This document shows, piece after piece, positions 40,661 through 55,990 of a stretch of DNA of 64,000 nt; the first letter of the stretch is position 1; every line of letters begins with the position of its first letter. Both the position numbers and the translations under genes were made by a program. Origin of the DNA: Eledone cirrhosa (taxonomy: Eukaryota); assembly GCA_964016885.1 (NCBI GenBank), contig OZ024755.1:42222001-42286000 (forward strand), written 5' to 3'. A model generated the notes under the pieces. It ran no database searches. It was not told the origin of the DNA and saw only the letters and a list, made by a program, of their open reading frames with translations.

Positions 40661-43153
40661 ATGCTAACAAAGACATACTTACCCATTTCCTTGAAGAATA
40701 TTCCCACCCACCCCTAAAATCTCGTATGAGAAATCATTGATAACTAGCATAAACTCATTCGTAAAACGTGTTCGGTGGCGTGCGTTCCACTTTGATAGGA
40801 GGTATGATAGCCCTGAGGAGAGGCGTAGTTTTAATAATTATGGATTTAAGACCTATAGGAGCCCCCCCGCATAATAGCCTGTTGGATAACTTCGAAAGTG
40901 AGCTATTATCCCTTGTTAGGAATATTAGATATAAAAAATCTAGATGTACCAATAAATTTCAGAGTAAACTAAGTTCAATCGTTAGGGACTTTAGGGATAA
41001 TAAATCCATTCTGGTCCCCTCTGACAAAACTAAAAACTTATATAGTATGGATTATAAAACCTATCGAGGCTTCATTTATAATGAACTACATAGGAACTAC
41101 AAAAAAACAACGCAGAGTAATTTAGATAATATTAATCTGGAGGGGTATAACATAGTGGTAAAATTAGGTCTGGATAAACACACTCAGCCTTATTACCCCA
41201 AGCAGCCTAGATTCACCCTCAAGGACCACAAGGAAGATTTTATTAGCAGACCCTCGGTTAGGCTTATCTGCCCCTCCAAGTCTGACCTGGGGATTATTAG
41301 TAAGGGAATCTTGGATAGCGTTATTCCCCTGGTTAGAGAAAAAACTTTCCTTGAGCTTTGGGGGTAACACTAGTGAGGTCATTACATGGTTCTCTACTGA
41401 TTGTGGTCGTGACTCACTAAAATTCATCCAATTTGATATTGATGCTTATTATACATCTATATCTCCTATTATCCTCAATAAGGCCCTCATCCTAGCCATG
41501 CGGAGGGGGGCAATTACTAGGCCACAGATAGATATTGTTCTCGCTGCACGTAAAACCATTATCATGTTTGAGGATAATCTATGGACGAGAAAAAACACAC
41601 CTGATAATTTTGACATCACTATGGGGTCGAGTGACTCTGCTCAAGTCACCGACTTAGTTGGACTATACCTCCTCAATGAACTGCATAGTAACTTCCCTTT
41701 CCTTAGGGGTGGGTTGTACCGAGATGACGCCCTACTCTCCATAGATACTAGTAAGTATAATATAGAGCGCATTAGGAAAAAGCTGCATAGCTTTTTTAAA
41801 ACTTTTAACCTATCCATTACAATGGATGTAAATGATAGAACTGTGAACTTCCTAGATGTTACACTGGACTTGGATAACCATACGTACACACCGTACCATA
41901 AGCCCAATGAATTGCTGACTTACGTGAATACCAACTCCAACCACCCTAGGTCTGTCATCAGCGGTATACTGAAGGGCGTATCTAACAGAATAAGTTCACT
42001 CTCACATAGTGAGGAGGCGTTTGACTCGCAGGCTGATTACTATAACGACGCCTTAGCTAGATCCGGCTTTAGGGACAAATTGTATTACACCCAGGGAAAT
42101 AATGGTCCTAATAGTAGCTCTACCAGTGTTGTTATAACACATAATATGTCCATTGGTAATCGAGGTGTCGCGAATGGTAGGGTTCTAAATGCCGGTGGAA
42201 TGAAACAGCAGGGCACCATTAGTCTAAGTAATAACAATAGAGGTGTCGTGAACGGGAGGTTTCTAGATGCCGGTGGAATGAACCAGCAGGGCACCATTAG
42301 TCTAAGTAATAGCAATGGTGGGCCTCGCAGCTCCCCGCATAGACTAGGTGAGCATAGGAACCGTAGAAATAATAATGCTAATAATACTGACGGAAATAGA
42401 AAGAATAAAAAGAATAGAAGAAGATTGAATACATACTTCAACCCCCCTTTTAATTCTGAAGTGGCTACAAATATTCCTAGGGCCTTCTTCTCTGTGCTAG
42501 AACGGAACTTCCCTCCTGGTAATAGGTACCACTCTATCCTCAATAAGAATGTTGTTAAACTTTCGTATTCTACAACCCAAAATCTGGCCTCTCATCTGAC
42601 CATTACTAATAATAAGAAAATAAAGGAAGGCCTGGACAACCTAAGCCTAGGGGAAAACACGGTAGTGGATAGAGTGGGCAGTAACACTGGTGGTAATCTT
42701 TCTGAGAATAGCATCACCAGTGGTTGTAACTGTAGAAGGGCTTTAGGCTGCCCCCTGAATGGTTTCTGCCTTGTTAGAAACATAGTTTATGCGTGTGATG
42801 TGGTAACTACGGCGTCCACTATGACCTATATAGGATCAACTTCCACCCCCTTTAAGACCAGGTTTAACTCTCATCAATGCACTTTTAGACATAATAAACT
42901 GAAGAACTCCACCTCCTTGGCAGCGTACGTCCATAATTTAAAAAATGCACGAACACCTTACACACTTACTTGGCGGCAGGTTGCTAAATCCCATCCATAT
43001 ACTCCTCATAGTAGAGTATGCAACCTGTGCCTTGCCGAATCCCACTCTATTATATTTGCTAAATGCCCTCTACTAAATAGAAAGTCTGAAATTTTTTCCT
43101 CTTGCCCCCACCGAATATTAAGCTCTTTCTTCTACTTTAAACCTGTTAGCTAG
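40661..43153 (+). CDS. PLE RT-GIY-YIG polyprotein (~829 aa reconstructed), split by three +1 frameshifts at ~40714, ~40868 and ~41364
   Basis: ATG 40661 MLTKTYLPISLKNIP / PKISYEKSLI..NSFVKRVRWRAFHF..YGFKT..SPP / LLDNFE..SDKTKNLY..TLKDHK..RLICPSKSDLG..LWG / NTSEVITWF..GLYRDD..CNC..CPL..YIGST..CNLC. Confidence 0.9.
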
Positions 43154-44663
43154 CACGTCCTTATTCCTCCAGTTGGGCTGTCTTGTGTAACTGTCTCTGA
43201 CTGAGTGTAACTGTCTCCTAATGTTGGTCGTCTATGTATACGAGTCTGTGAATGTATACGTATGCCTGTGGGAGGATATTGATCTTGATATTGGGGTGTG
43301 CAGGGGAGTGTATGTTAATAAGCACCCCTGTTTGGTACAGTGGATGTAACCCATCCACGCTGGCCTACCCACCATTAGTGCATTGGTGAACCTATCCTGA
43401 CGTATATCTTGTTGATCTGTACCTCTGTATGCGCATGAGTTGTGATGTAATGTATTTATGTAAAGCGTGTACTGTGATTTAGGCTGCACTAGTGGAAATT
43501 TAGCCTGTAACTGTGGGCGGACCCGTGCCATCCTGCCGTAAGCAGTGGATACTTGGCGCATATACGTGTTGCCCTCATATTCTGTGGTTCAAGATCTACA
43601 GGCTGACCTCTGGGAGCTCTTACCCGGGGTCGTAGTCTTTCTAGCACGATCGGCCTTCCATATATTGACTGTCGTTTTTATGATCCCGAAAGTAACGTTT
43701 TGGCCCCGATGGCCCTCCGTAGTTACTAACGGTCTGTGTACACTCGAATCGGTCAATGGCACGTGCAGACATGAATATCTCCGTAGGATTTCAACTTTAT
43801 TTTAATACATCTCATCGTATGTATTTGTTTTGAATATATTACCTGTGGTGGTGGGTCTGGTCTAATGTGGTATTTCGGTGTTTAATATCGTATTTAATAT
43901 CGTATTTAATATCGGCTTTGACCCGGGTGTCCTACGCTGTGTGTGTGTGCGTGTGTGTCCGTGTATACATTTATATGTGTATGGGTGTAGGTGGTTATAT
44001 GTGTCTGTGTATATTTAAAAAAAAAATATATATATATATGTATACCGTCTCTGCATATGCATGTGGTGTGTATACGTGCATATACGTGCTGAACATATTG
44101 ATGTGTACAATCTTGTGATGTCCCAATGCGGTGACTTAATGGCTCTTGAAGCTATTTTTTTATATATCTTCTGTCTTTTTATATATATTTTGTATGCGCT
44201 ACAACTGTGTCTGCTTGCTTTAACCTCACCTCGCTTGCTAATGCATGTGAATTCTTCTACCTCCTTCGATGCACCTCTCTCTGACCATTTGACTCCTGCC
44301 CGTGTGTGAACCGGTTTGTGATTACCCCACCGCTCAACTGTGTGAATGCACACCCATGACTTTCGAGTGAACTTTCGAGACTGCCCAACCTGGGACGCCT
44401 CCATTGCCTTGCAATGGTCAAGTGATACTGGTGACTGTGACACTTAGTGCCTTCGTGGGCCCCTGATGTTTTCAAGAAATATATTTTAAAAAATTGGTCA
44501 AGTGATACACATAACTGTGACATTTAGTGCCTTCGTGGGCCCCTGATATATTCAAGAGATATATTCTAAAAAAATATATATCTTATCTCAATTTACTTTA
44601 TTTCATTTTATTTTATTTCATTTCATGTTATCTAATTTTATTTATTTACTTACTTGACTCCAT

Positions 44664-44699
<36 letters not shown>

Positions 44700-44767
44700 A
44701 TTTAAATTTGAATTTTAATTTTAAAATTTTAAAATTTAAATTTTAATTTTATTTATTTATTTAATTT

Positions 44768-44799
<32 letters not shown>

Positions 44800-45374
44800 T
44801 TACATTTAATTACATTTAATTATACATTTAATTATATCTTATATTATATTATTTTAATTTAGTCTATGTTATTTGATTTTAGTTTACCTTATTTTATCTT
44901 ATTTTACGATTATACTATATTATGTTCTATGTATATAATTTTTAATTTTTAATTTTATATTATTTTATCTCATTCCTTACCCTATATTTTATATTTTATA
45001 TGTAAGTTTGTTATGTATTTCTTTGTATTTCTTTTTATATATATTATAAGTCTGTTTTTCACCTATTTTTTACCTATTTTTTACCTACTCTTACCTAATC
45101 CCATTATCTTATCTACTCTTGTCTGTTCTCTTATCCATGTGTCTACTCTTGTCTGTTCTCTTATCCATGTGTATGCTTGTATGTAACTATATGTTGACAG
45201 CACCCCGCCCAACTGTGACTGATAGCACCCCTTATTTTTATTTTTATTTTTATTTTTATTTTTATTTTTACTTTTATTTTTATTTTTATTCTTATCCTCT
45301 ATCGTCTATTATTACCTTTCATTCTTCAATGTCTTGGATTTGTTATTGCTTGTATGGTATGTAATTAACCTTTA

Positions 45375-45420
45375 TGCTCTGATGAGTTCCACTTATAGTG
45401 CGGATGAAACAATGTTAGCA
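45375..45420 (+). ncRNA. Type-I minimal hammerhead (family J), copy 2
   Basis: Identical to 40402. Confidence 0.85.
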
Positions 45421-45633
45421 AGTAAAGATATGCATATGCTATAAGCGTTCTTTGTTATTTATTTATTATATTACGGCTCTGTCCTCAGACATTGAGCTAA
45501 CCTCATACTGCCTGCTGGATAAGTGGAGTGTTATACACCCCTGATCCTTTCCCTAGCATACTATACGGCTCCCACTGGTTGAGCTTAAACTTTGATATAC
45601 GCGGATTTGCGTCCTTGTATATTATCAGGCAGT

Positions 45634-48126
45634 ATGCTAACAAAGACATACTTACCCATTTCCTTGAAGAATATTCCCACCCACCCCTAAAATCTCGTAT
45701 GAGAAATCATTGATAACTAGCATAAACTCATTCGTAAAACGTGTTCGGTGGCGTGCGTTCCACTTTGATAGGAGGTATGATAGCCCTGAGGAGAGGCGTA
45801 GTTTTAATAATTATGGATTTAAGACCTATAGGAGCCCCCCCGCATAATAGCCTGTTGGATAACTTCGAAAGTGAGCTATTATCCCTTGTTAGGAATATTA
45901 GATATAAAAAATCTAGATGTACCAATAAATTTCAGAGTAAACTAAGTTCAATCGTTAGGGACTTTAGGGATAATAAATCCATTCTGGTCCCCTCTGACAA
46001 AACTAAAAACTTATATAGTATGGATTATAAAACCTATCGAGGCTTCATTTATAATGAACTACATAGGAACTACAAAAAAACAACGCAGAGTAATTTAGAT
46101 AATATTAATCTGGAGGGGTATAACATAGTGGTAAAATTAGGTCTGGATAAACACACTCAGCCTTATTACCCCAAGCAGCCTAGATTCACCCTCAAGGACC
46201 ACAAGGAAGATTTTATTAGCAGACCCTCGGTTAGGCTTATCTGCCCCTCCAAGTCTGACCTGGGGATTATTAGTAAGGGAATCTTGGATAGCGTTATTCC
46301 CCTGGTTAGAGAAAAAACTTTCCTTGAGCTTTGGGGGTAACACTAGTGAGGTCATTACATGGTTCTCTACTGATTGTGGTCGTGACTCACTAAAATTCAT
46401 CCAATTTGATATTGATGCTTATTATACATCTATATCTCCTATTATCCTCAATAAGGCCCTCATCCTAGCCATGCGGAGGGGGGCAATTACTAGGCCACAG
46501 ATAGATATTGTTCTCGCTGCACGTAAAACCATTATCATGTTTGAGGATAATCTATGGACGAGAAAAAACACACCTGATAATTTTGACATCACTATGGGGT
46601 CGAGTGACTCTGCTCAAGTCACCGACTTAGTTGGACTATACCTCCTCAATGAACTGCATAGTAACTTCCCTTTCCTTAGGGGTGGGTTGTACCGAGATGA
46701 CGCCCTACTCTCCATAGATACTAGTAAGTATAATATAGAGCGCATTAGGAAAAAGCTGCATAGCTTTTTTAAAACTTTTAACCTATCCATTACAATGGAT
46801 GTAAATGATAGAACTGTGAACTTCCTAGATGTTACACTGGACTTGGATAACCATACGTACACACCGTACCATAAGCCCAATGAATTGCTGACTTACGTGA
46901 ATACCAACTCCAACCACCCTAGGTCTGTCATCAGCGGTATACTGAAGGGCGTATCTAACAGAATAAGTTCACTCTCACATAGTGAGGAGGCGTTTGACTC
47001 GCAGGCTGATTACTATAACGACGCCTTAGCTAGATCCGGCTTTAGGGACAAATTGTATTACACCCAGGGAAATAATGGTCCTAATAGTAGCTCTACCAGT
47101 GTTGTTATAACACATAATATGTCCATTGGTAATCGAGGTGTCGCGAATGGTAGGGTTCTAAATGCCGGTGGAATGAAACAGCAGGGCACCATTAGTCTAA
47201 GTAATAACAATAGAGGTGTCGTGAACGGGAGGTTTCTAGATGCCGGTGGAATGAACCAGCAGGGCACCATTAGTCTAAGTAATAGCAATGGTGGGCCTCG
47301 CAGCTCCCCGCATAGACTAGGTGAGCATAGGAACCGTAGAAATAATAATGCTAATAATACTGACGGAAATAGAAAGAATAAAAAGAATAGAAGAAGATTG
47401 AATACATACTTCAACCCCCCTTTTAATTCTGAAGTGGCTACAAATATTCCTAGGGCCTTCTTCTCTGTGCTAGAACGGAACTTCCCTCCTGGTAATAGGT
47501 ACCACTCTATCCTCAATAAGAATGTTGTTAAACTTTCGTATTCTACAACCCAAAATCTGGCCTCTCATCTGACCATTACTAATAATAAGAAAATAAAGGA
47601 AGGCCTGGACAACCTAAGCCTAGGGGAAAACACGGTAGTGGATAGAGTGGGCAGTAACACTGGTGGTAATCTTTCTGAGAATAGCATCACCAGTGGTTGT
47701 AACTGTAGAAGGGCTTTAGGCTGCCCCCTGAATGGTTTCTGCCTTGTTAGAAACATAGTTTATGCGTGTGATGTGGTAACTACGGCGTCCACTATGACCT
47801 ATATAGGATCAACTTCCACCCCCTTTAAGACCAGGTTTAACTCTCATCAATGCACTTTTAGACATAATAAACTGAAGAACTCCACCTCCTTGGCAGCGTA
47901 CGTCCATAATTTAAAAAATGCACGAACACCTTACACACTTACTTGGCGGCAGGTTGCTAAATCCCATCCATATACTCCTCATAGTAGAGTATGCAACCTG
48001 TGCCTTGCCGAATCCCACTCTATTATATTTGCTAAATGCCCTCTACTAAATAGAAAGTCTGAAATTTTTTCCTCTTGCCCCCACCGAATATTAAGCTCTT
48101 TCTTCTACTTTAAACCTGTTAGCTAG
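45634..48126 (+). CDS. PLE RT-GIY-YIG polyprotein, copy 2, same three frameshifts
   Basis: ORFs 45741-46340 and 46324-48126 translate identically to copy 1. Confidence 0.9.
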
Positions 48127-49636
48127 CACGTCCTTATTCCTCCAGTTGGGCTGTCTTGTGTAACTGTCTCTGACTGAGTGTAACTGTCTCCTAATGTTGG
48201 TCGTCTATGTATACGAGTCTGTGAATGTATACGTATGCCTGTGGGAGGATATTGATCTTGATATTGGGGTGTGCAGGGGAGTGTATGTTAATAAGCACCC
48301 CTGTTTGGTACAGTGGATGTAACCCATCCACGCTGGCCTACCCACCATTAGTGCATTGGTGAACCTATCCTGACGTATATCTTGTTGATCTGTACCTCTG
48401 TATGCGCATGAGTTGTGATGTAATGTATTTATGTAAAGCGTGTACTGTGATTTAGGCTGCACTAGTGGAAATTTAGCCTGTAACTGTGGGCGGACCCGTG
48501 CCATCCTGCCGTAAGCAGTGGATACTTGGCGCATATACGTGTTGCCCTCATATTCTGTGGTTCAAGATCTACAGGCTGACCTCTGGGAGCTCTTACCCGG
48601 GGTCGTAGTCTTTCTAGCACGATCGGCCTTCCATATATTGACTGTCGTTTTTATGATCCCGAAAGTAACGTTTTGGCCCCGATGGCCCTCCGTAGTTACT
48701 AACGGTCTGTGTACACTCGAATCGGTCAATGGCACGTGCAGACATGAATATCTCCGTAGGATTTCAACTTTATTTTAATACATCTCATCGTATGTATTTG
48801 TTTTGAATATATTACCTGTGGTGGTGGGTCTGGTCTAATGTGGTATTTCGGTGTTTAATATCGTATTTAATATCGTATTTAATATCGGCTTTGACCCGGG
48901 TGTCCTACGCTGTGTGTGTGTGCGTGTGTGTCCGTGTATACATTTATATGTGTATGGGTGTAGGTGGTTATATGTGTCTGTGTATATTTAAAAAAAAAAT
49001 ATATATATATATGTATACCGTCTCTGCATATGCATGTGGTGTGTATACGTGCATATACGTGCTGAACATATTGATGTGTACAATCTTGTGATGTCCCAAT
49101 GCGGTGACTTAATGGCTCTTGAAGCTATTTTTTTATATATCTTCTGTCTTTTTATATATATTTTGTATGCGCTACAACTGTGTCTGCTTGCTTTAACCTC
49201 ACCTCGCTTGCTAATGCATGTGAATTCTTCTACCTCCTTCGATGCACCTCTCTCTGACCATTTGACTCCTGCCCGTGTGTGAACCGGTTTGTGATTACCC
49301 CACCGCTCAACTGTGTGAATGCACACCCATGACTTTCGAGTGAACTTTCGAGACTGCCCAACCTGGGACGCCTCCATTGCCTTGCAATGGTCAAGTGATA
49401 CTGGTGACTGTGACACTTAGTGCCTTCGTGGGCCCCTGATGTTTTCAAGAAATATATTTTAAAAAATTGGTCAAGTGATACACATAACTGTGACATTTAG
49501 TGCCTTCGTGGGCCCCTGATATATTCAAGAGATATATTCTAAAAAAATATATATCTTATCTCAATTTACTTTATTTCATTTTATTTTATTTCATTTCATG
49601 TTATCTAATTTTATTTATTTACTTACTTGACTCCAT

Positions 49637-49672
<36 letters not shown>

Positions 49673-50331
49673 ATTTAAATTTGAATTTTAATTTTAAAAT
49701 TTTAAAATTTAAATTTTAATTTTATTTATTTATTTAATTTTTATTTATTTATTTATTTATTTATTTAATTACATTTAATTACATTTAATTATACATTTAA
49801 TTATATCTTATATTATATTATTTTAATTTAGTCTATGTTATTTGATTTTAGTTTACCTTATTTTATCTTATTTTACGATTATACTATATTATGTTCTATG
49901 TATATAATTTTTAATTTTTAATTTTATATTATTTTATCTCATTCCTTACCCTATATTTTATATTTTATATGTAAGTTTGTTATGTATTTCTTTGTATTTC
50001 TTTTTATATATATTATAAGTCTGTTTTTCACCTATTTTTTACCTATTTTTTACCTACTCTTACCTAATCCCATTATCTTATCTACTCTTGTCTGTTCTCT
50101 TATCCATGTGTCTACTCTTGTCTGTTCTCTTATCCATGTGTATGCTTGTATGTAACTATATGTTGACAGCACCCCGCCCAACTGTGACTGATAGCACCCC
50201 TTATTTTTATTTTTATTTTTATTTTTACTTTTATTTTTATTTTTATTCTTATCCTCTATCGTCTATTATTACCTTTCATTCTTCAATGTCTTGGATTTGT
50301 TATTGCTTGTATGGTATGTAATTAACCTTTA

Positions 50332-50377
50332 TGCTCTGATGAGTTCCACTTATAGTGCGGATGAAACAATGTTAGCA
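50332..50377 (+). ncRNA. Type-I minimal hammerhead (family J), copy 3
   Basis: Identical to 40402. Confidence 0.85.
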
Positions 50378-50422
50378 AGTAAAGATATGCATATGCTATA
50401 AGCGTTCTTTGTTATTTATTTA

Positions 50423-52747
<2,325 letters not shown>

Positions 52748-52879
52748 TGGAAAGTTATATTTAAATTGTTGGGTTAACAACGAGTAAATATTTATAACTG
52801 ATATAAAAGCACTCAACAAGTATTTGGAGTATATTTATGATATTAAATAAATGGAAACTATATTTATAAAACCATATTT

Positions 52880-52943
52880 ATTTCGTTATATATATTTCAG
52901 GGATATCATATTAACAATATGTTATGCCATCTTCAGACAAAAT
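52880..52943 (-). ncRNA. Type-I hammerhead (family A)
   Basis: Same motif as 16470. Confidence 0.8.
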
Positions 52944-53250
52944 ACAATATAAACAGTCTTATAAATAAATAGATACGACATACCTTTTAATCACCTTGCA
53001 TTTGTGAGGTTGATTTGGCAGTAAAAAATATTGTGGACAGTTGTAAAAAGAAAGAGATAAAGAGAGAAAGAAAGAGAAACGAAGAAAAAGAAGAAATGTA
53101 TGTGACTAAATAGAGGGATATAGAAAGATAGATAAAGAGAAGAACTTCATGTAAAGAAACAGAGAGAAATATATATAGAGAGAGGAAAAAAAGAAAGAGA
53201 TAGATAGAGATAGATAGAGAAATCAGGAAGTTGAGTATCGGTTGATACAT

Positions 53251-53281
<31 letters not shown>

Positions 53282-53650
53282 GCTCTAGTATTAATGTAAA
53301 GAGAGATGTATGTAGTTAAGAGAGAAAATAGCCGTTATATAGAGAGAAAAAAGAGAAAATGAAAAAGAGAAAATGAAACATAACCAGACATAAACGATGC
53401 AGAATTTAAAACCGCTATGTTTTATCCGTAGAAAATATTAGTTCGTATAAAACAGGCATTATAATGTAAGTACCAGTATTCTATTTAGTCACATACATTT
53501 CTTCTTTTTCTTCGTTTCTCTTTCTTTCTCTCTTTATCTCTTTCTTTTTACAACTGTCCACAATATTTTTTACTGCCAAATCAACCTCACAAATGCAAGG
53601 TGATTAAAAGGTATGTCGTATCTATTTATTTATAAGACTGTTTATATTGT

Positions 53651-53714
53651 ATTTTGTCTGAAGATGGCATAACATATTGTTAATATGATATCCCTGAAAT
53701 ATATATAACGAAAT
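53651..53714 (+). ncRNA. Type-I hammerhead (family A)
   Basis: Same motif as 18247. Confidence 0.8.
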
Positions 53715-53755
53715 AAATATGGTTTTATAAATATAGTTTCCATTTATTTAATATC

Positions 53756-53818
<63 letters not shown>

Positions 53819-53819
53819 C

Positions 53820-53882
<63 letters not shown>

Positions 53883-53887
53883 CATAC

Positions 53888-53922
<35 letters not shown>

Positions 53923-54013
53923 CATATATATACATATATATATATATATATACATATATATATACATATATATATATATACATACATATATATACATATA
54001 TATATATACATAC

Positions 54014-54044
<31 letters not shown>

Positions 54045-54077
54045 ATATACATACATATATACATATATATATATATA

Positions 54078-54110
<33 letters not shown>

Positions 54111-54116
54111 CATATA

Positions 54117-54283
<167 letters not shown>

Positions 54284-54525
54284 ATATATATATATATATA
54301 TATATTTCGTTTTCTGAATTTGTTTAGCAAGATTCTTTATCTGAAATCGTGTGTTGAAAACCGATATTGTTATACTTTGGGAGGGTCATGTTGCCAATAA
54401 GAAAACACACGCACCAGTTGCTTTCACTTCAATTTAATTTATTATATATTTATAAATTTACAAATTTATAAATTTCTGGTTGGTTTGGATGGTTCCACAA
54501 CCAGATAGTTGTTTATATAATATAT

Positions 54526-55990
54526 AGTCATAGTTCTTTTGTCACACACTCTGTGACCTCTTCAGTGACTGGGGATTTCTTCGTTTCTGTGCCTTTCCTT
54601 TCTTCTATCCTACGCCATTTTGTTTTGTGTGTGGGTTTGCGTGCTCCGTTTGCGCATGCGCCACATCCGGGTGTCTGTGTGTGTTTGTGTTCATTTTTCT
54701 ATTTTTCTATTTATATTTTTTCTATTTGTTTGTTTATTTATTTATTTATTGTTGGTTGGTTGTTTGGTTGTTTTGTTCTATGTGTGTGTGTGTTTTTCAT
54801 TTTGTCTTGTGTGTGTTTTCATTTTGTGTGTGTTTTCAATTGTAAGTTGTTTGTTCTATGTGTGTGTGTGTTTTTCATTTTGTCCTTAATTGTAAGTTGT
54901 GATGTTGCTGTTCCACTCATATTTTTCTATTTAATTTTGGTTTTAATTCTTTTTATGCTTACTGCCCTCTGTAATTTTGCCTAAACATTGCGTCTTTCTT
55001 GTGTGTGGATTCTATTTTTATTTCTATGCTCTCTAATTTTACCCCTGTGTTCTATCTTAGCATGTTGGTAGAGCACAGATGATTCTTTATATTATCTTGG
55101 AGGTCTCGCCCAGTGTTCATTTATTCGTTCCCCTATACTACGAGTTGTCCTCACCTATGTACACTATATTTTTTGTTTCTACATTGTCCTTCAGTACATC
55201 TTATGCTATATACTACATTTCTAGTTTTTACAGTTAATATGGGGGCTTATTTTACAGGTTATACATTTCTTATCTATACATGAGGGTCTTTGGAACGGGT
55301 ATGTCTTGCTAATAAGTGTTTTTACGGAGGTACCAGGTCTTTCTACTATCTTAATATTGAGATTATGTTTCTTTAGGGCCCTTCTAAATTTGTAGGCTAG
55401 TTCGTCTCTAGGGGTTGTATTGATGAACGTTACACTCTGGTATTTATTGCTATCATACCATGAGTTTATTCTATTGGCCTTGTTCTTAGTTCTTTCTATT
55501 CTCTTCCAAAATTTGCTCCTATACAAGGGGCAGGTCCCATTTATATCATTATTTACCATTTTTTTCCCATTTGGTTCTGGCTCCTTTATACACTCTGATT
55601 CTATCTCTCTGATTGTAGCCAGAGAACTGCATACGGTGGATGAAGTGTTGTATGTGTCTCTCTAGTTCTTCGGAGTTGCACATGCGGGACACATTTCTCA
55701 TCACCCGTACCAAATCCGGATAGAGAAAAAACCCTCAATGCCCATATGGTGATGTGGACAAATATAATGCAGCCCAACAAAAGGACTGCCAACAACTTCC
55801 AGGCCTGGAACAATGACGTGCCGGCGTTGTATGGGCTTCGAAAAGACCATAAAACGGGCTGGGACCCTGTCGCGGGACCACCAACACGGCCAGTCTGTGG
55901 GGCTAACATTGCTAGTAACTACAGACTGTCCTACTTCCTCTCCCTGATCATACGCCCCATCATTGAGATGTCCCCAGATGTGTGTGACAG
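54526..55990 (-). mobile_element. Degenerate PLE: minus-strand GIY-YIG/3' UTR with decayed hammerhead (54526-54570) and an inverted plus-strand RT N-terminal piece (~55690-55990)
   Basis: Homologous to 28770-29692. Plus-strand VPALYGLRKDHK..PTRPVCGA. Minus-strand AGTCA-CTGAAGA-GGTCAC..GTGAC-AAAA-GAAC-TA-TGACT. Confidence 0.85.

Larger units (their letters stand above)
38003..50422 (+). mobile_element. Penelope-like element (Naiad-like), 2.5 head-to-tail copies of a ~4.97-kb unit in (TA)n
   Basis: Periods of 4979 and 4973 bp. Starts inside the GIY-YIG C-terminus and ends ~45 nt after the third hammerhead. Unit = leader + RT-EN ORF + 2.2-kb UTR + hammerhead. Confidence 0.95.
52748..53757. mobile_element. 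Second inverted-repeat family A element with outward-facing hammerheads
   Basis: Near-identical to 16428-18445 sequence but with a different inversion point (~53481). Confidence 0.85.

Noticed and set aside
41338-41345. A AAA AAC -1 slippery heptamer
   Set aside because: The required shift is +1, and homology (LWG/NTS) places it at the G5 run ~20 nt downstream.
40661-43153. Selenoprotein-type Naiad (in-frame UGA/SECIS)
   Set aside because: The interruptions are frameshifts ending in TAA, not in-frame TGA.
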